Below, piece by piece: positions 39,160 through 43,583 of a stretch of 43,583 bases of DNA. Source of the DNA: Bifidobacterium breve (GTDB taxonomy: Bacteria > Actinomycetota > Actinomycetes > S36-B12); the NCBI GenBank assembly GCA_945861925.1, contig CAMAWO010000003.1:1-43583 (forward strand), written 5' to 3'. A program made the translations under genes and the position numbers. The notes under the pieces were generated by a model, which saw only the letters and a program-made list of their open reading frames with translations, was not told the origin of the DNA and searched no databases. How positions within the stretch are numbered: position 1 is the first letter of the stretch; each line of letters begins with the position of its first letter.

Positions 39160-40287
39160 TCAGAGGCTGGGTGAGTAGCCCTTTGGTGCGACCATGACCG
39201 GATCCCACCCCGGGACGGCCTCGGGCTTTCGGGGTGCCGGGCCGACGTAGCGGGCGGAGGGGCGAATGAGGCGTCCGGTCTTCTTCTGCTCGAGCACATG
39301 AGCACTCCAGCCGGCGAGGCGGGCGCAGGTGAACATGGACGTGAACAGGCGAGCGGGTACCTCGGCAAAGTCGAGCATGATCGCGGCCCAGAATTCGACA
39401 TTCGTCTCGAGGACGCGGTCGGGGCGACGCGCGCGCAACTCGGCGAGAGCAGCCTGCTCGAGTGCGGCCGCCACCTCGTAGCGCGCTGCGCCCAGCTCCC
39501 GGGCGGTGCGGCGCAGCACTCGGGCCCGCGGATCCTCGGCCCGGTAGACGCGATGCCCGAAGCCCATCAGTCGCTCGCCACGGTCGAGGACGCCCCGGAC
39601 GTAAGCATCGGCATCGCCGGTGCGCTCGACCTCCTCGATCATGTGGAGCACCCGGGCAGGGGCGCCGCCGTGCAGGGGGCCGCTCATTGCGCCGATCGCG
39701 CCAGAAATCGCGGCGGCCACATCGGCCCCGGTAGAGGCGATGATGCGGCTGGCGAAGGTCGAGGCGTTCATCCCGTGCTCGGCGGCGGAGACGAAGTAGG
39801 CATCCATGGCCTGAATGTGTCGCGGCTCGGGCTCACCGCGCCAGCGGATCATGAACCGCTCGACGACGGTATCGGCCTGGTCGATCTGAGACTGGGGGAT
39901 CATCGGCTGGCCGAGACCACGGGCCGACTGAGCCACGAAGGAGAGCGCCATGACCGAAACGTGGGCGAGGTTCTCGCGGGCGGTGTCGTCATCGACGTCA
40001 AGCAGTGGCTTCAGACCCCAGGCGGGTGCGAGCATTGCGATCGCCGACTGCACGTCGACCCGTACATCACCTGAGTGGATGGGAATCGGGAAGGGCTCGG
40101 CCGGCGGCAGTCCGGGGTTGAACTCGTTGTCGACGAGGAGACCCCAGACGTTGCCGTAGGAGACCCGCCCGACGAGGTCTTCGATGTCGACACCGCGGTA
40201 GCGCAGGGCACCTCCATCACGGTCTGGCTCTGCGATCTGGGTTTCGAAGGCGATGACACCCTCAAGGCCGGGCACGAATTCAGGCAT
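39160..40287 (-). CDS. citA: Citrate synthase 2
   Basis: EHGMNAST, GPLHGGA, GFGHRVY, NVEFW. Confidence 0.95.
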   Translation of the reverse strand: MPEFVPGLEGVIAFETQIAEPDRDGGALRYRGVDIEDLVGRVSYGNVWGLLVDNEFNPGLPPAEPFPIPIHSGDVRVDVQSAIAMLAPAWGLKPLLDVDDDTARENLAHVSVMALSFVAQSARGLGQPMIPQSQIDQADTVVERFMIRWRGEPEPRHIQAMDAYFVSAAEHGMNASTFASRIIASTGADVAAAISGAIGAMSGPLHGGAPARVLHMIEEVERTGDADAYVRGVLDRGERLMGFGHRVYRAEDPRARVLRRTARELGAARYEVAAALEQAALAELRARRPDRVLETNVEFWAAIMLDFAEVPARLFTSMFTCARLAGWSAHVLEQKKTGRLIRPSARYVGPAPRKPEAVPGWDPVMVAPKGYSPSL

Positions 40288-40320
40288 GCGTCACTCCTCC
40301 AACAGTTATTGGCTCATCCA

Positions 40321-40357
40321 ACCCGACCCGGATGTCCGGGATGTGTCCGGGTCGGGT
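40321..40357. promoter_or_regulatory. 12-bp inverted repeat between divergent citA and pdxH
   Basis: ACCCGACCCGGA-13nt-TCCGGGTCGGGT. Confidence 0.45.
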
Positions 40358-40406
40358 GAACGTGACCTGCGTCGCGTCCTCGGTCATTTCATGGTTGGGT
40401 CGGTGC

Positions 40407-41102
40407 ATGAGCCTTTTGACGCCCCCGCCGGACGATGCACCGCGTCGCTTGGCCGATCTGCGTGTCTCGTATGACACGGGCACCCTCGCTGCAGAGCACC
40501 TTGCGGACAATCCACTCGACGCATTTCACACATGGTTCGACGAGGCGCAGGCGGCCCAATTGCCCGAACCGAATGCGATGATTCTCGCGACGGCGACCCC
40601 AAGCGCAACGCCAAGTGCGCGGACCGTCTTGCTCAAGCAGGCCGACGCTCGCGGATTCGTCCTGTACACGAATCTGGCCTCGCGGAAAAGCGATGAACTG
40701 CGTGAGAATCCGCAAGCCTCGCTCGTGTTCCCGTGGTTCGCCATGCATCGTCAGGTCTGCGTCGTTGGGACTGCGGAGCTCATCGGGCGAGATGAGGTCG
40801 AGGAGTACTTCCGATCCCGGCCGCGAGAGTCGAGGCTCGGAGCCTGGGCGAGCAAGCAGTCGTCGGTGATCGAGGATCGGGGAATCCTCGAGGAGCGGTA
40901 TTCACGTGTGGATGCCGATTTCGGCGACGAGGTTCCGGTCCCCGAGTTCTGGGGTGGCTGGCTCATCAGGCCCATCACGGTTGAGTTCTGGCAGGGACGT
41001 CCCTCGCGGCTCCACGACCGGCTGCGCTTTCGAAGGTCGGGCGCTGCCGTGGCGCCGCTGGACGATCCGGCGCGGTGGCGGGTGGAGCGCCTGTCCCCCT
41101 GA
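40407..41102 (+). CDS. pdxH: Pyridoxamine 5'-phosphate oxidase
   Basis: EPNAM.LAT, RTVLLK, SRK, EFWQGRPSRLHDR. Confidence 0.95.
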   Translation: MSLLTPPPDDAPRRLADLRVSYDTGTLAAEHLADNPLDAFHTWFDEAQAAQLPEPNAMILATATPSATPSARTVLLKQADARGFVLYTNLASRKSDELRENPQASLVFPWFAMHRQVCVVGTAELIGRDEVEEYFRSRPRESRLGAWASKQSSVIEDRGILEERYSRVDADFGDEVPVPEFWGGWLIRPITVEFWQGRPSRLHDRLRFRRSGAAVAPLDDPARWRVERLSP

Positions 41103-41137
41103 CCTCCTTCGGGGCAAGAGCCGCGTAGGTTCGCCCC

Positions 41138-42397
41138 GTGGCCCGCCTTTTCGTCGACCTGACGCCTCTGCGGGCAAGTAAGCCGTACCGCCGGCTGTGG
41201 ACGGCGATGGGGATCAGCAACATCGGGCAGCAAATGACGGCCATCGCCGTCGGCCTTCAGGTGTACGAGCTCACCAAATCGAGCTTCATGGTCGGACTCG
41301 TCGGCCTGTTCCAGCTCGTGCCGCTCGTCGGGTTCGGCCTCTACGGCGGCACGCTCTCCGACGCCTTCGACCGGCGGCTTGTCGGGCTGATCTCCGCACT
41401 CGGCCTGTGGGCGTGCTCGGTGGGTTTCCTCGTGCAGTCCTCACTCGGCTTGGACTCCGTGGCGGTGCTCTACGGGCTCATCGCGATCCAGTCGGGGTTC
41501 TTCGCGGTGGGAAATCCTGCGCGTCAGGCCATCATCCCCCGTCTCGTCGGCCAGGATTTACTGCCGGCTGCGAACGCGCTCGGCATGCTCACCTGGAGTG
41601 TGGGATTCACGATCGGGCCCCTTCTCGGTGGGATTCTCGTCGCGACCTCCGGCACCGTCACCCTGCCCTATCTCGTCGACGTCATCGGGTTCGGTGTTGT
41701 CGTGTGGGCGATGTGGCAACTGCCGAAATTGCCGCCGACCACTGTCCCTGGCGACGCCGTGCCCCGCGCGGGCTGGGCGGCCGTGAAGGAGGGCTTTGTC
41801 TTCCTCAAGGGGAAGCGAAATCTCCAGATGACGTTCTACGAGGACCTCATCGCGATGGTCTTCGGGATGCCGCGCGCGCTCTTCCCGGCCATCGCCGCCC
41901 AGTGGTACGGGGGATCTGTCCGCGATGTCGCGACGGTGCTGGGGCTGCTCGCTGCGGCGCCGGCACTCGGCGCTGTGCTCTCCGGAATCTTCTCCGGTCC
42001 GCTCGGTCGGGTGCGCTGGCAGGGACGGGCGATCGTCATCTCGATCGTGGTGTGGGGCGCTGCGATTGCGGCCTTCGGTGGGGTTCGATGGCTCCCCCTC
42101 GCGCTGCTGTTCCTCGCCATTGCCGGCGCCGCCGATAACGTGTCTGCAGTGTTCCGGGCAACCATCCTTCAGTCGGCCACGCCTGATGAGTACCGGGGAC
42201 GGCTCCAAGGGGTGTTCACGGTAGTCGTGGCCGGCGGCCCGCGACTCGGCGATGTCGAGGCGGGCACGGTGGCGGTCATCTTCGGCGAGACCGTGTCGGT
42301 GATCTCCGGGGGTGTTGCGTGCGTCCTGCTCGCGGTTGGTCTCGCGCGCGCCGTGCCGTCGTTCTGGCAATACGACGCGCATGACCCGGTGCCCTAG
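41138..42397 (+). CDS. MFS transporter (EntS-like)
   Basis: DLTPLR, SDAFDRR, YRGRLQG, GGPRLGD. Confidence 0.88.
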   Translation: MARLFVDLTPLRASKPYRRLWTAMGISNIGQQMTAIAVGLQVYELTKSSFMVGLVGLFQLVPLVGFGLYGGTLSDAFDRRLVGLISALGLWACSVGFLVQSSLGLDSVAVLYGLIAIQSGFFAVGNPARQAIIPRLVGQDLLPAANALGMLTWSVGFTIGPLLGGILVATSGTVTLPYLVDVIGFGVVVWAMWQLPKLPPTTVPGDAVPRAGWAAVKEGFVFLKGKRNLQMTFYEDLIAMVFGMPRALFPAIAAQWYGGSVRDVATVLGLLAAAPALGAVLSGIFSGPLGRVRWQGRAIVISIVVWGAAIAAFGGVRWLPLALLFLAIAGAADNVSAVFRATILQSATPDEYRGRLQGVFTVVVAGGPRLGDVEAGTVAVIFGETVSVISGGVACVLLAVGLARAVPSFWQYDAHDPVP

Positions 42398-43583
42398 CCC
42401 GCCATACCGGGGTAGGGCTTCTTCGTCTCGGCTAGGTCGGCCAACGCGACCTCGCGCTCCACCTTGTGGTCGACCATTCGCCTTGGGTAGGAAAGGTCGT
42501 AGCCGGCCGGCTGGTCCCAGGGCTCGTGTGCGGACGCTCCCGGAAGGTGGGCAAGTTCTGCGACGTAGCGGCGGACGTAGTCGCCGTCGGGGTCGAACCG
42601 CAGGCCCTGGGCCACTGGATTGAACACCCGGTAGAAGGGTGAGGCATCGGTGCCGCAGCCGGCGGTCCACTGCCAGCCGTGCGCATTGCTCGCGAGGTCG
42701 CCGTCGCGCAGCCAGTGCATGAACTCAGCGGCGCCCCGCTGCCAGGGCAGGTGCAGGTCCTTGACGAGGAAGCTGGCGACGACCATCCGGACCCGGTTGT
42801 GGACCCAGCCCTCTGTGCGCAGTTGGCGCATTCCCGCATCGACGAACGGGTAGCCGGTTCGACCCTGTGCCCAGTCGGCGAAGGCATCATCGGCTGCCGG
42901 GCCCGCGTTCCAGCGCATCTGTGTGTCGAAGCGCTCATTGAGCGACACGCGTGCTGAATCGGGCCGCTGCGACATCACCTGCGCATAAAACTCGCGCCAG
43001 CAGATCTCCTTGCGGAACACCTCATCGCTGTCAGTGAGTTCCACGAGCAGGCTGCGTGGATGGATCTCACCCCACTTGAGGTGGTGCCCGAGGGCGCTGG
43101 TGCCCGCGAGGTCGGCGCGGTTCCGGTTCTCGGCGTAGTCGTCGAGGGCCGAGGAACGAAAGGACTCCCAGCGCTCCCAAGCGGCCTCCTCACCGGCCGG
43201 CGGCAGGGTGAGTGCGCCAAGGTCGGCCGCGGCAGGAATGTCGTGGGTCTCAAGCGGCAGCCACCAATTGACCTCGGCCGGGATGTCTGCGGCTGGAGCG
43301 CGCCAACCGTGGCGCATCCAGGCGCGGTAGAACGGCGTGAAGACCCGATATGCAGTGCCGTCGTCCTTCGTAACCCGCCCGGGTGCTACTGCGTAGGGCG
43401 ACCCGGTGCGAATGAGGGGGACGTTCCCGAGGGCCTGCTCGACGGCGACGTCGCGCGCCCGGCCATAGGGCCCGAAGTCCTCGGCGATATGGACGCTTGC
43501 TGCGCCCGCTGCACGAACCACCTCGGGGAGCACGTTCACTGGGTCACCGTGCCGGATGAGGAGCGATCCGCCGAGCGAGGTAC
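42394..43583 (-). CDS. phr: Deoxyribodipyrimidine photolyase (5' truncated)
   Basis: VFTPF, WREFY, GRTGYPFVDAGMR, HNRVRM, WQW.AG.G.D..PFYRVFNP. Confidence 0.93.
   Translation of the reverse strand, partial: TSLGGSLLIRHGDPVNVLPEVVRAAGAASVHIAEDFGPYGRARDVAVEQALGNVPLIRTGSPYAVAPGRVTKDDGTAYRVFTPFYRAWMRHGWRAPAADIPAEVNWWLPLETHDIPAAADLGALTLPPAGEEAAWERWESFRSSALDDYAENRNRADLAGTSALGHHLKWGEIHPRSLLVELTDSDEVFRKEICWREFYAQVMSQRPDSARVSLNERFDTQMRWNAGPAADDAFADWAQGRTGYPFVDAGMRQLRTEGWVHNRVRMVVASFLVKDLHLPWQRGAAEFMHWLRDGDLASNAHGWQWTAGCGTDASPFYRVFNPVAQGLRFDPDGDYVRRYVAELAHLPGASAHEPWDQPAGYDLSYPRRMVDHKVEREVALADLAETKKPYPGMAG

Overview
High-GC Actinomycetota chromosome segment. The core synteny is typical: DUF3263, CIRCE-controlled groEL2, XPB helicase and its helicase-associated partner, cold-shock gene, DUF3027, DUF2530, NCS2 permease, serC, citrate synthase 2, pdxH, MFS and photolyase. 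Accessory DNA interrupts it in several places. The most unusual region is about 3.2-9.3 kb. It holds a phage/ICE-type tyrosine integrase bracketed by a minus-strand tRNA-Thr 3' half and an intact, differently sequenced plus-strand tRNA-Thr(TGT). These are followed by a serine resolvase, a KTSC-domain lipoprotein, and a family of ~245-nt non-coding, self-complementary repeats (three near-full copies plus one fragment) interleaved with single cargo ORFs. Two cargo blocks (a TA module after an SGNH gene, an Fn3 lipoprotein after groEL) are each closed by an internally deleted, mostly synonymously diverged copy of the upstream gene's 3' region. Also present: an ice-binding DUF3494 protein, a secreted YbhB-YHYH-unknown operon, a GNAT/NSAR/M20 D-amino-acid module, two palindromic MITE-like elements and five pseudogenes. 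All calls were made by eye from motifs; no database searches or folding programs were run.
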